Shown here: piece by piece, positions 26,691 through 34,557 of the stretch
Position numbering within the stretch: position 1 is the stretch's first letter
Layout of the letters: each line of letters starts with the position of its first letter
IMG/VR virus record: IMGVR_UViG_3300042265_000067
Location: 1-39,654 of that record
DNA length: 39,654 nucleotides
Source: a virus
Taxonomy: Duplodnaviria > Caudoviricetes
Strand: one strand, 5' to 3'
Notes under the pieces: model-generated
What the model saw: only the letters and a program-made list of their open reading frames with translations
Database searches by the model: none
Told to the model about the DNA's origin: nothing
Translations under genes and position numbers: made by a program

Positions 26691-26925
26691 TAGGGGGATG
26701 ACAACTTCCCGATAATGACCGTCCTAACAACTTGCGAACTTGGTTTTACACGGTTCGCGATCATTTGAACCCAGTGCAGCATTCATCAAAATGGGCTCTT
26801 CGCGATGCGTGACCAAGATCCCACACTGCACCCGCTGGCAAACACGAATGACCACTATCAGCGGAATGCTGCGGCCGCAGTGCTGCGTCTGCATTGGTCT
26901 GCTGTCCGCCCCAGACCAACTGCAT

Positions 26926-27591
26926 TCACTTCGGCTCCCACGGGCGCACCTTCGGCATCGCCTCGGTCACCTCCACCTCCCGCAGCATCCCGCCCTCGAT
27001 CAGCCCCTCGCGCACCCAGTCCAGCGCCAGCCACCAGTCGTCATAGGCCTGCCTAGCGGCGTCGATCTGGTGGGGATGGGGGGAGAAGGTGACCGGGCAG
27101 GCCAGGACCTCCACGCTGCGCCAGCGCCCGCGGGCCAGCACCCGTTCGGTGCCGACCACCACGGTGGTGGCGCGCGCGCCATGCTGGTTGCGCTTGACCT
27201 CAACCGGCACGCAGCGCGGGACGGCACCGGGCATCCAGTCTGGCGTCAACCCGGCGCGGGCGAGTTCGGCCACGCGGATCGCCATCCGCTTGCCGCCGAG
27301 GCTGTCGGGGATCCCTGCGACGGTGGCGGCGATCACCTCGGCGTCCTCGTGGGTGTAGCCGCCGATCTTGTGCTGGCCGCCGTCGATCTTGCAGCCAAGC
27401 GCGGCGCGTTGCAGCAGGACATATTGGAGGCCGAAGCCGAAGCCGAAGCCTTCCTCCGTGACGTCCTGGGGCGGCGGCAGCTCCAACTGCGCCTTCTCGA
27501 CGCGAAACGCCCATTCCAGCGCCGCCTGCACGCCCAGCGCGCGTTTCACGCGTCTGCCGCCCGCGCGGCCGATCCGTCCGTGGAAGCTCAT
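26926..27591 (-). CDS. Conserved prophage protein, last gene of the early operon (candidate late regulator)
   Basis: 221 aa, strong codon bias, ATGA coupling to the upstream ORF; function inferred from position only. Confidence 0.7.
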   Translation of the reverse strand: MSFHGRIGRAGGRRVKRALGVQAALEWAFRVEKAQLELPPPQDVTEEGFGFGFGLQYVLLQRAALGCKIDGGQHKIGGYTHEDAEVIAATVAGIPDSLGGKRMAIRVAELARAGLTPDWMPGAVPRCVPVEVKRNQHGARATTVVVGTERVLARGRWRSVEVLACPVTFSPHPHQIDAARQAYDDWWLALDWVREGLIEGGMLREVEVTEAMPKVRPWEPK

Positions 27592-28360
27592 GGCTGCAAT
27601 CCTTCAAGGAAATCCATCTGCGCCGGGCGCTGGGCGAAATCCGTCGGCCGCCAGATCCACGGGTCCGAGGCCATGGGCAGTTGCGAGAGCGCGCCACGCA
27701 TGCGCTGCTGCCAGTGGGTGAACTCCGTTGCCGAGCAGGCGCGAGACGCGCGTGCCCGATGGGCCAGCCCATCAGCCATCCGACGAAGAGCGGGTTCAGC
27801 CGCCGCCGCGCCCGGCCCTTCAGGATCCGCCGCGAGACGACGTGCCCATGCGAGGCAGTCATCGAAGCCCAGAGCCGGCGCGAGATCGGGGCGTTCGGCG
27901 AGGACCGCGGCCCATCCGGCCAGATCGGCGGGGCCGGGCGGGTGAAGCCCTGCTCCGCGCGATAGTGCAGCAGGTCCATCCGGCTCTTGCCATCGGCCCT
28001 TGTGGTGCTGGCCTCCGAGCTGCCCTTCCAGTTCTGCGCGGCCGGGGTCGGCCAGAGCTTCGGCTGCGCCCGCGAGATGCCCAGCGCCAGCGCCTCCGCC
28101 TTGCGGGTGAAGTCGCTGTTTCCGGCCGGGTTGTAGCTGCCTGTTCCCGGATGCAGGCTCATCGGTGTGGGCCAGGATGAAGACGCGCAGCCGCTCGTGC
28201 GGCGCGCCGACTTCCGCCGCGCTGAAGAGACCCGCCGCAGGTGTGTAGCCCAGACCCCAAAGCTCTCGCAGGACGGTCTCGAGGCCGAGGGTGACGTGAC
28301 CGGCGACGTTCTCGAGGAACACCCATTCCGGGCGGCATTCGCCAATGACGCGGGCGACAT
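27588..28360 (-). CDS. Overlapping alternative-frame MTase polypeptide (beta; TRD repeats + motif IX)
   Basis: ATG 28360; two WPTP repeats; RRLNPLFVGWLMGWP motif IX; as sequenced it runs to 27200, and after a 2-nt correction it ends at 27588. Confidence 0.65.
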
Positions 28361-28724
28361 CGGGCCAGAGGTGGCGGGGGTCGTCGGCGCCGCCGCGCTT
28401 GCCAGCGGCGCTGAACGGCTGGCAGGGGTACCCGGCGAGGACGGCGTCGAAGGCGCCGCGGAAGGGCCGCGCATCGAAGCTGCGCAGATCGTCCCAGATC
28501 GGTGCCGGGGAGAAATACCCCGCGCGCTGGGCCGCGATGAGGACGGCGCGCGGCCAATCCTCCCACTCGACGAAGGCGCGGGTGTGATAGCCGGGCTCGG
28601 CCAGCATGAGGCCCAGATCGAGGCCTCCGCCGCCTGCGCAGAGGGACAATCCGTGCCGTTCTCGGGGGAAACGGTCCACTGGACCGTTTCCTGATCCCTC
28701 GAACCCTGACACCATGCCATTCAC
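27588..28724 (-). CDS. C5-cytosine DNA methyltransferase, main (alpha) frame; frameshift near 27745 detaches motif X
   Basis: SLCAGGGG (I), AGYPCQPFS (IV), FLENV (VI), PHERLRVF (VIII); RLLGNGV (X) lies in another frame ending at 27604. Confidence 0.88.
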   Translation of the reverse strand: MNGMVSGFEGSGNGPVDRFPRERHGLSLCAGGGGLDLGLMLAEPGYHTRAFVEWEDWPRAVLIAAQRAGYFSPAPIWDDLRSFDARPFRGAFDAVLAGYPCQPFSAAGKRGGADDPRHLWPDVARVIGECRPEWVFLENVAGHVTLGLETVLRELWGLGYTPAAGLFSAAEVGAPHERLRVFILAHTDEPASGNRQLQPGRKQRLHPQGGGAGAGHLAGAAEALADPGRAELEGQLGGQHHKGRWQEPDGPAALSRGAGLHPPGPADLAGWAAVLAERPDLAPALGFDDCLAWARRLAADPEGPGAAAAEPALRRMADGLAHRARASRACSATEFTHWQQRMRGALSQLPMASDPWIWRPTDFAQRPAQMDFLEGLQP

Positions 28725-29764
28725 CGCACCCCGCGCTGGCGCAGGCGTTCCGGCGTCACGAGGCCCCGGGCCAGCATGGCGTCGCGCATGGTGTTGCTGA
28801 TGGCATTGGCGGGCAGGAACCGGTCGGAGTTCACCAGTTCGGCGTAGAAGGCTGCGAGTTCGTCGGCGCTGGGCCGCGGGCCGTCGTCGCGCTTGCGGCG
28901 CCGGGTTTCGCCGCTGCCGTTGCTTGTGGCGGGACGCCTCGCTGCAACCGCCGCGCCGGTCTGCTTCAGGCGCCGGGCAGAACGCTGCATGGCGCGGTCG
29001 AGGGCCTTCGGCCCGTCGGGCGGTTCGGGATGGTCACGGCGCGAGGCTTGCGCCACGGCGAGGATCGCATCCTCGTCGAGCCCGAGTTCGTCGCGCCAGC
29101 GGCGGACGTGCTCGCGCGGCGGCCAGCCCTGCCACCAGCCAGGCAGGGCGGCGGGATCGAGGCCCAGCGCGCTCAGCAACTCTTCGAAGAAATCCTCGGA
29201 GATTGCTTCGCGCGCCTGCGCGCCCTCCTCCTCCTTTACTGGTTCTCTTAGAGGTTCCCTTACAGGGTTAGTGTCCGGATTCCGGACACGGCTCGGGCGA
29301 TTTTCCGGACACGGGTCGGGGGCAAAATCGGACACGGCTCCGCTGTCGACCCCGTGTCCGATTTCCGGACACGGCTCGGGCGCGGGGGAAGTCTCGCCTG
29401 CCGAACCCTCTGTCTCCGCGAAGGTTTCCGCGGGGCCGGTACCGCCGTGTCCGGTTTCCGGACACGGGTCCGGCTCATGCGGTGTGAAGCCCGGCTCGAA
29501 GGCCAGGATGTAGCGGGTCGGCATCTGCCGTTTCGTCACCGGATCGATCCGCGGCACGCGGCGCAGGCGCCCCGCCGCCTCGAGCAGCGCGAGATGGTCG
29601 TTGAGCGTCGAGCGGCTGATCTCGCAGTCATCGGCCAGCCGCGCCTGCGACGGGAAGCAGCCGTAATCCGGGTTGAACCGGTCGCAGAGATGCCAGAGCA
29701 CGATCTTCGTGGTGGGCTTCAGCCCGCGCTGCTGGATCGCCCAGTTGGTGGCGGCATGGCTCAT
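28721..29764 (-). CDS. Phage replication initiator (N-terminal HTH, O-like)
   Basis: MSHAATNWAIQQRGLKPTTKIVLWHLCD..CFPSQARLA..EISRSTL; internal iterons; ATGA coupling at 29764. Confidence 0.85.
   Translation of the reverse strand: MSHAATNWAIQQRGLKPTTKIVLWHLCDRFNPDYGCFPSQARLADDCEISRSTLNDHLALLEAAGRLRRVPRIDPVTKRQMPTRYILAFEPGFTPHEPDPCPETGHGGTGPAETFAETEGSAGETSPAPEPCPEIGHGVDSGAVSDFAPDPCPENRPSRVRNPDTNPVREPLREPVKEEEGAQAREAISEDFFEELLSALGLDPAALPGWWQGWPPREHVRRWRDELGLDEDAILAVAQASRRDHPEPPDGPKALDRAMQRSARRLKQTGAAVAARRPATSNGSGETRRRKRDDGPRPSADELAAFYAELVNSDRFLPANAISNTMRDAMLARGLVTPERLRQRGVR
29271..29467. repeat. Palindromic iterons (putative phage replication origin)
   Basis: GTGTCCG-n-CGGACAC palindromes at 29271-29291, 29352-29374 and 29445-29467, plus two CGGACACGG half-sites between. 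Confidence 0.8.
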
Positions 29765-30171
29765 GGGCGCGCCCTCCGCACCGGGCTGGGCAGCCGGGGT
29801 GAGGCGACCCGGGTGGTGAAGCCGTGATCGGCCAGCGCGCCCAGCGCGTCGTCGAGGCTGCGGACCAGCGCCCAGCCATGGCCTTGTGCCAGCACGGCAT
29901 CGCGAAACGCCTCCTGCTCGGGGCGCAGGCGGCCCTTCGCGGATTTCAGTTCGAGGAACAGCACGCACCCGTCGCAGAGCACGAGCAGGTCGGCGAACCC
30001 GGGATGGACGCCCATGCCGACCAGGATCGCCTGGCGCCTGGCGCCGCGCGGCCCGGGCTCGGTGACCTCGTTGGCGCAGTGGTGAACGATCGCGCCCTTC
30101 GGCAGGGCGAAGCGCAGCGCCCGCACCACTGCGCGCTGCAGATCGGCCTCCGGGGTGCCGCGGCGCTTCAT
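29761..30171 (-). CDS. VRR-NUC domain nuclease
   Basis: EADLQ, GVHPGFADL, FLELKS.KGRLRPEQ.AF, VRSLDDA. Confidence 0.88.
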   Translation of the reverse strand: MKRRGTPEADLQRAVVRALRFALPKGAIVHHCANEVTEPGPRGARRQAILVGMGVHPGFADLLVLCDGCVLFLELKSAKGRLRPEQEAFRDAVLAQGHGWALVRSLDDALGALADHGFTTRVASPRLPSPVRRARP

Positions 30172-30446
30172 CGCTGCACCTCCGGGATTTCATCGTGATC
30201 GGGGCGCTGGGCGCGGCGGTGGCGGGCGGGGCAGCGGGCCTCGATCACGAACAGCAGGGCCCGGGCGTCGCGCCGCTCCTCTTCGGTCTCGCCGTGGGCG
30301 GTCAGCACGTTGCAGGCGAGCCGGATCAGGTGATCGGAATGATGGGCGACGTCGGCGATCACGGCGCGGGCCTCGGCAAGGCGGTCGGCGGGCCAGTTTC
30401 GGTCGGTAGGAACGGCATGGTGCCGGGAAGGATGGCAGCGGGTCAT
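30168..30446 (-). CDS. Hypothetical protein
   Basis: 4-nt overlaps with both neighbours; RLAEARAVIADVAHHSD. Confidence 0.65.
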   Translation of the reverse strand: MTRCHPSRHHAVPTDRNWPADRLAEARAVIADVAHHSDHLIRLACNVLTAHGETEEERRDARALLFVIEARCPARHRRAQRPDHDEIPEVQR

Positions 30447-30691
30447 TTGCGCCCCCGATGCCTGCGGGTGGGGCGGGTCTGTTCCCGCGACCGGATCCAG
30501 TCCTGCACCGAGGCGCGGCGGTAGAGCACCTTGCGGCCGATGCGGGTGCAGGGCGGGCCTTCATGACGCGCCTCCCAGCGCGCCAGGGTCTCGCGGGTGA
30601 TGCTGAGTTCGCTGGCCAGCTGGTCGCGACTGATCCAGTCCGCCAGCAGGTTCAGGGGCTGTTCCCGCACAGCGGTTGCGGCATGCGGCAT
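30443..30691 (-). CDS. Excisionase/AlpA-like HTH protein
   Basis: WISRDQLASELSITRETLARW...GPPCTRIGRKVLYRRASVQDW; AGGAG RBS. Confidence 0.82.
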   Translation of the reverse strand: MPHAATAVREQPLNLLADWISRDQLASELSITRETLARWEARHEGPPCTRIGRKVLYRRASVQDWIRSREQTRPTRRHRGRK

Positions 30692-30752
30692 CGCTTCTCT
30701 CCTTTCCCAGGCCCGGAACAGATCCGGGATCGGGCGAAGCGAAGCAGGGGTG

Positions 30753-30785
30753 CGGGGGTGGAACCTAGGCGGAAGGTGGAACTGG
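30753..30785. promoter_or_regulatory. 33-bp operator-like repeat, copy 1 (upstream of the early operon)
   Basis: CGGGGGTGGAAcctAGGCGGAAGGTGGAAcTGG; 29/33 identical to 33372-33404. Confidence 0.65.
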
Positions 30786-31413
30786 CGGCGCCACCCCAAT
30801 TCCACCCCTTGTTTCATTGGGGTTCCGGCGATTCCCGGCCGCATTTTCCGGAATGCGCCCGTCGCAGGCGGCGCGCATTCCCGACCGGTTGCGGCGAACC
30901 GGGTGGGCCGTGACGCCGCTTTCGGCCGCGTTCATCCACCTTCAGCCGCATTGGCACGCCAAGACCGGCATCCGGCCACACTCGGGGGGTGGAATTCGGG
31001 ATCGGGCGCGTTCCGGACGTGATCCGGGACGGGTTGCTGCCGCGGTGCAGCGCGGTGAAATCCGTGCGGCGGTGGTTCTCGACCACGGCGCACAGACCGG
31101 CGGTCCTGCAGGCTCGGCCGCCGCGACGGCATCGGCCCCGGTGTCGAGGTCCACGCCGTCTCCAGCCAGCCGCCGGGAGGGAAGCGGACGATGAGACCGC
31201 CGCTGCATCCAGAAGGAGAATGATCGATCACCACGAGGGCCGATTCCCGCCGCGGCAGGCGCGGGACGACCGCGCGGGACCGCACCCGTTGCCGCGCTGT
31301 TTTGACCCAGTGCCGGGCGATGGAATGCCGGTTGCGCTCAAATAGTGAGTTAACACAAGGTTTTAGGCGGAATATGAAGAATTCCGCGGGACACACGAAA
31401 GGACCACCACGCC

Positions 31414-32010
31414 ATGGCACTGCCACCGAGACCGTTCTTCACCTTGCTCGAACTCGCCGCACGCTGGGGTTGCGAAATGTCCGATGTCGCTGGCTGGGCG
31501 GCGCTCGGCCATCTGCCCGTCGTGATCGGCCTTCCGCCGGTGTTCTGCGGCACACAGCCGGTGGCGGGGATCGTCGCCGTGGCGATCGCGGACATGATGC
31601 AGATGTTCCGCCGGTTCGGGTCGAGCGAGGAGACCTGCGTGGTGCGGCGTGTCCAGCCTTATGGAAGCGACGCGTGGTTCTACCTCTCCGATCCTGAAGC
31701 CGGCGTCGCCGTTCGCGCCACCGACCTGATGGTGCCCGCCGACGACGTTCTGCGGTTCGAGGAGGAGCGGGACCTTCTGCGGCGTCCGTCCTCGAGCGTC
31801 GGGTCGTCCCCGCGCTACGATTGGGACGCGATGTATGTCTGGCTGTTCCAGCGCCTGCTCGAGCAGGGGTTTCCGGCAACCCAGGCCGCGCTGGTCGCGG
31901 AAGCGCAGGAATGGTTCGTCCGCAACGCCAGGTCCGGCGAGGTGCCCGAGGACAGCACGATCCGCAAACGCTTGACCGCCCTCTGGCGCGCGGTGCGCGA
32001 GGCCGGCTGA
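31414..32010 (+). CDS. Putative DNA-binding regulator, divergent from the early operon
   Basis: AAAGGA RBS; N-terminal FTLLELAARWG helix pair; C-terminal RYDW..PATQAALV..PEDSTIRKRL HTH-like region. Confidence 0.72.
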   Translation: MALPPRPFFTLLELAARWGCEMSDVAGWAALGHLPVVIGLPPVFCGTQPVAGIVAVAIADMMQMFRRFGSSEETCVVRRVQPYGSDAWFYLSDPEAGVAVRATDLMVPADDVLRFEEERDLLRRPSSSVGSSPRYDWDAMYVWLFQRLLEQGFPATQAALVAEAQEWFVRNARSGEVPEDSTIRKRLTALWRAVREAG

Positions 32011-32043
32011 GGCGATCGGGCAGGGCCGCCGCCCGGCGCCCGG

Positions 32044-33301
32044 TCAGGCGGATTTCTGGTGGTCCCCGGCGGCGTGCACGAGCGCGGGGCGCGGGCGGAA
32101 GATTTGCGCGACGGCGTCGACGCCGGCGCGCAGCGGCGAGTCCATCAGATGGGCATAGCGCTGGGTCGTCTGCATCTGGGTGTGGCCGAGCAGCCGGCCG
32201 ATCATCTCGAGCGATGCGCCGCCCGAGACCAGCAGCGAGGCGAAGGTGTGGCGCAGGTCGTGGATGCGCACATCGGGCAGGCCGGCCTCCTTCTGGACCA
32301 TGGACCAGAACCGGCGGATTTCCCTGACCGGCTGGCCGGGCACGTCGCCGGGAAAGAGCCAGGGGCAGCCGCTGGGAACCGCCAGCCGCCGCTGGCGCAC
32401 GATGGCGGCGACGTCGTCGGAGATCGGGATGCGGTGGATCCTGCGCTGCTTGGTGGTGGCGGCCGGTTTCGACCAGCTGCCATAGTCGAGGTTGAAATGC
32501 TCGAACCGGGCGGCGCGGACCTCGCCCACGCGCGCGCCGGTCAGCATGCACATGCGGATGATCCCGGCCGCGCGCTGATCCCGGGCGGCATCGAGCACGC
32601 AGGCCAGCCGGCGGATTTCCTCGGGGCCGAGAAACCGCTCGCGGGCGTTCTCGACGCGGCGCCGGAAGCCCATCGCGGGGTTTTCCTCGCACCAGCCCCA
32701 GCCGATGGCCAGCGTGAACATCTTGCGCAGCACCTCGCCCACGCGGTTGGCGCGGATCGGTGTCGGCCTCGGCCCCTGCAGCTTGCGCGCGCGATTGTTC
32801 GGCCGCGCCTTCGACGGTCGCGCCCGGCCTTCGGCGACCTTGTTCAGCAGCTTCTCGACATCCCAGCGCGTGATCTCCGTGACCTCGCGGTTGCCCCAGA
32901 CCGGCAGCACCATCGTGCCCAGCATCGAGCGCTGATCGGCGGCGTTGGCCGGGGCGAGCTTCGGCAAATGCTGGTCGATGTAGCGTTCCACCATGTCCTT
33001 GACGCGCGGGGCGTCGCGGCGCGCGTCGCGCAGCGCCATGGGATCGCGCCCCTCATCGATCTCGCGCCGCAGGTCCTTCGCGCTGGCGTGCCGCCACCGT
33101 GGTCCATTCCGGCCAGCGCCCGATGGTCATCCGCCGCTGGCGCCCGTTGTGGCGATAATCGAGCGTGAAGGCGCGCGCCCCGGTGGGGTAGATCGTGACC
33201 GAGAAACCGCGCACCTCGGCGTCGAAAACCTGGTAGCTCCGGTTCGGCAGCGCCTCCGCGTCGCGCAGGGCTTTCTCGTTCAGTCGCAATCGCCTGACCA
33301 T
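32044..33301 (-). pseudogene. P4-type tyrosine integrase with N-terminal arm-binding domain; frameshift near 33080
   Basis: Arm domain (RQRRMTIGRWPEWT) in ORF 33053-33301; catalytic LTGAR, HDLRH, LGH, TQRY in ORF 32044-33039. Confidence 0.88.
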
Positions 33302-33371
33302 CGCATCGCACCCTCCTGATCGTCCGACATGAGGCGTGGAATCGCGCCCATATCAAGCAGGACCACACCGC

Positions 33372-33404
33372 CGGGGGTGGAAAACAGGCGGAAGGTGGAA
33401 TTGG
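33372..33404. promoter_or_regulatory. 33-bp operator-like repeat, copy 2 (upstream of the integrase)
   Basis: CGGGGGTGGAAaacAGGCGGAAGGTGGAAtTGG. Confidence 0.65.
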
Positions 33405-33773
33405 GAGGGCAGGGGGAATTCCGGCTCGGCGGAGAGGGCGAGAAGCGGCGATGCAGGCATTCGCAGCACCCCGGCCGATATCGCCAAGCCACGATTTCCG
33501 GAGACACCGTTGCGACGCAGGACGTCAAGCATTGCCCAGTTACTTCTGCGCGCATCAACGTGGCGATCGATCAAGCAAGGCACGCCCCCGAGATTACATC
33601 CGCGGCGCGCGGCTCAGGCACAGCCGAGCACGTTGATCAGACGATCCCTTGGTCCGCGGGCGAGCAGCGGGACGGGTGCGAATAGCAGCTTGACGCCTCA
33701 CGGTCTTCGCGCATAGGTTGAGAACTGACGGCTATTTGCCGGACGACTCTGGCAATATTCCAGCCCGAGAACG

Positions 33774-34526
33774 TTGTGTGTGGTACGTCCGACGCATGGG
33801 GTTACTGAGTTGCATTACCTGATCACCATTCTCTGCACGGTGCTTGTCACCGCTTCGGGCGCGCACGCGGAATCTCAGGTGAATCCCTCCGACACGCTGA
33901 TCTCGCTTGGCACCCGGATTTTCGATCTGCGCGAACGATCGCCCATTCTGGACCTCCAGGTCGAGAATGAATTCGTGTCCCTGACCGATGTCGATTGGAT
34001 CAGGGACATGACATGGTCCGACCCGCTACTGGTCAACACGGTCATCCATATCAAGGATCAAACCCGGCTCCATTCAGGCGGCGAGCCGCCTTGGGCGCCC
34101 GACGACAGATCCCGCTTTCACCCCGACCCAACGCTTCCGTCGATCTTCGATCTGGATTATTACGAGGTGGGTTGGCAGGGCGTTCATGAAGCGCCGGTGC
34201 GGGGCGACATCCTGATTTTTCCAAGGCATGATCCGAAACGCTTCTACGCGCGGTGCGGCTATGATCGTGCAGACCCGAAACCGATATTCTGTGCAGTGAG
34301 CTTCCGCTACGGGCCGGATCGGCATCTCCTTGTTACGACACGCATTTACCAAGTGACCTCGCCGCTGAACGATTTCGCCGAAATCGCGGCACGGGTCGAG
34401 GCATTGGTAAGATGCCTCGACGTTACCGAGGCCGTGCGAGCCGGTGAAGCGAGCCTGACAACCCCGTATCTGCAACAGAAGGACATCTTTGCTGGCGGCA
34501 GATGCCGGGTTTTGACATCGAGTTAA
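33774..34526 (+). CDS. Exported hypothetical protein upstream of the RTX gene; start uncertain
   Basis: Hydrophobic signal-like segment ending AHA-E; four Cys in the mature region; 31 bp before the RTX start. Confidence 0.65.
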   Translation: MCVVRPTHGVTELHYLITILCTVLVTASGAHAESQVNPSDTLISLGTRIFDLRERSPILDLQVENEFVSLTDVDWIRDMTWSDPLLVNTVIHIKDQTRLHSGGEPPWAPDDRSRFHPDPTLPSIFDLDYYEVGWQGVHEAPVRGDILIFPRHDPKRFYARCGYDRADPKPIFCAVSFRYGPDRHLLVTTRIYQVTSPLNDFAEIAARVEALVRCLDVTEAVRAGEASLTTPYLQQKDIFAGGRCRVLTSS

Positions 34527-34557
34527 GTTTGAAACTCTGGGAAGAGGATATGTCATC

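Larger units (their letters stand above)
1..33410 (-). mobile_element. Lambda-like temperate prophage (siphovirus type) with GTA-like tail tip; continues beyond the left edge; right boundary approximate
   Basis: Ordered integrase, replication, MTase, terminase, portal, capsid and tail genes on the minus strand; att site not identified. Confidence 0.93.

Noticed and set aside
29765-30193. N-terminal extension of the initiator ORF to 30193
   Set aside because: Overlaps the VRR-NUC gene in another frame; family start MSHAATNWA is at 29764
31349-31366. Possible CtrA box upstream of the divergent regulator
   Set aside because: Only one TTAAC half-site; the second half does not match TTAA-N7-TTAA
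33405-33773. att site or tRNA next to the integrase; short ORFs 33329-33685 and 33336-33716
   Set aside because: No tRNA fold; the other prophage end is outside the window so no direct repeat can be tested; ORFs lack RBS and motifs
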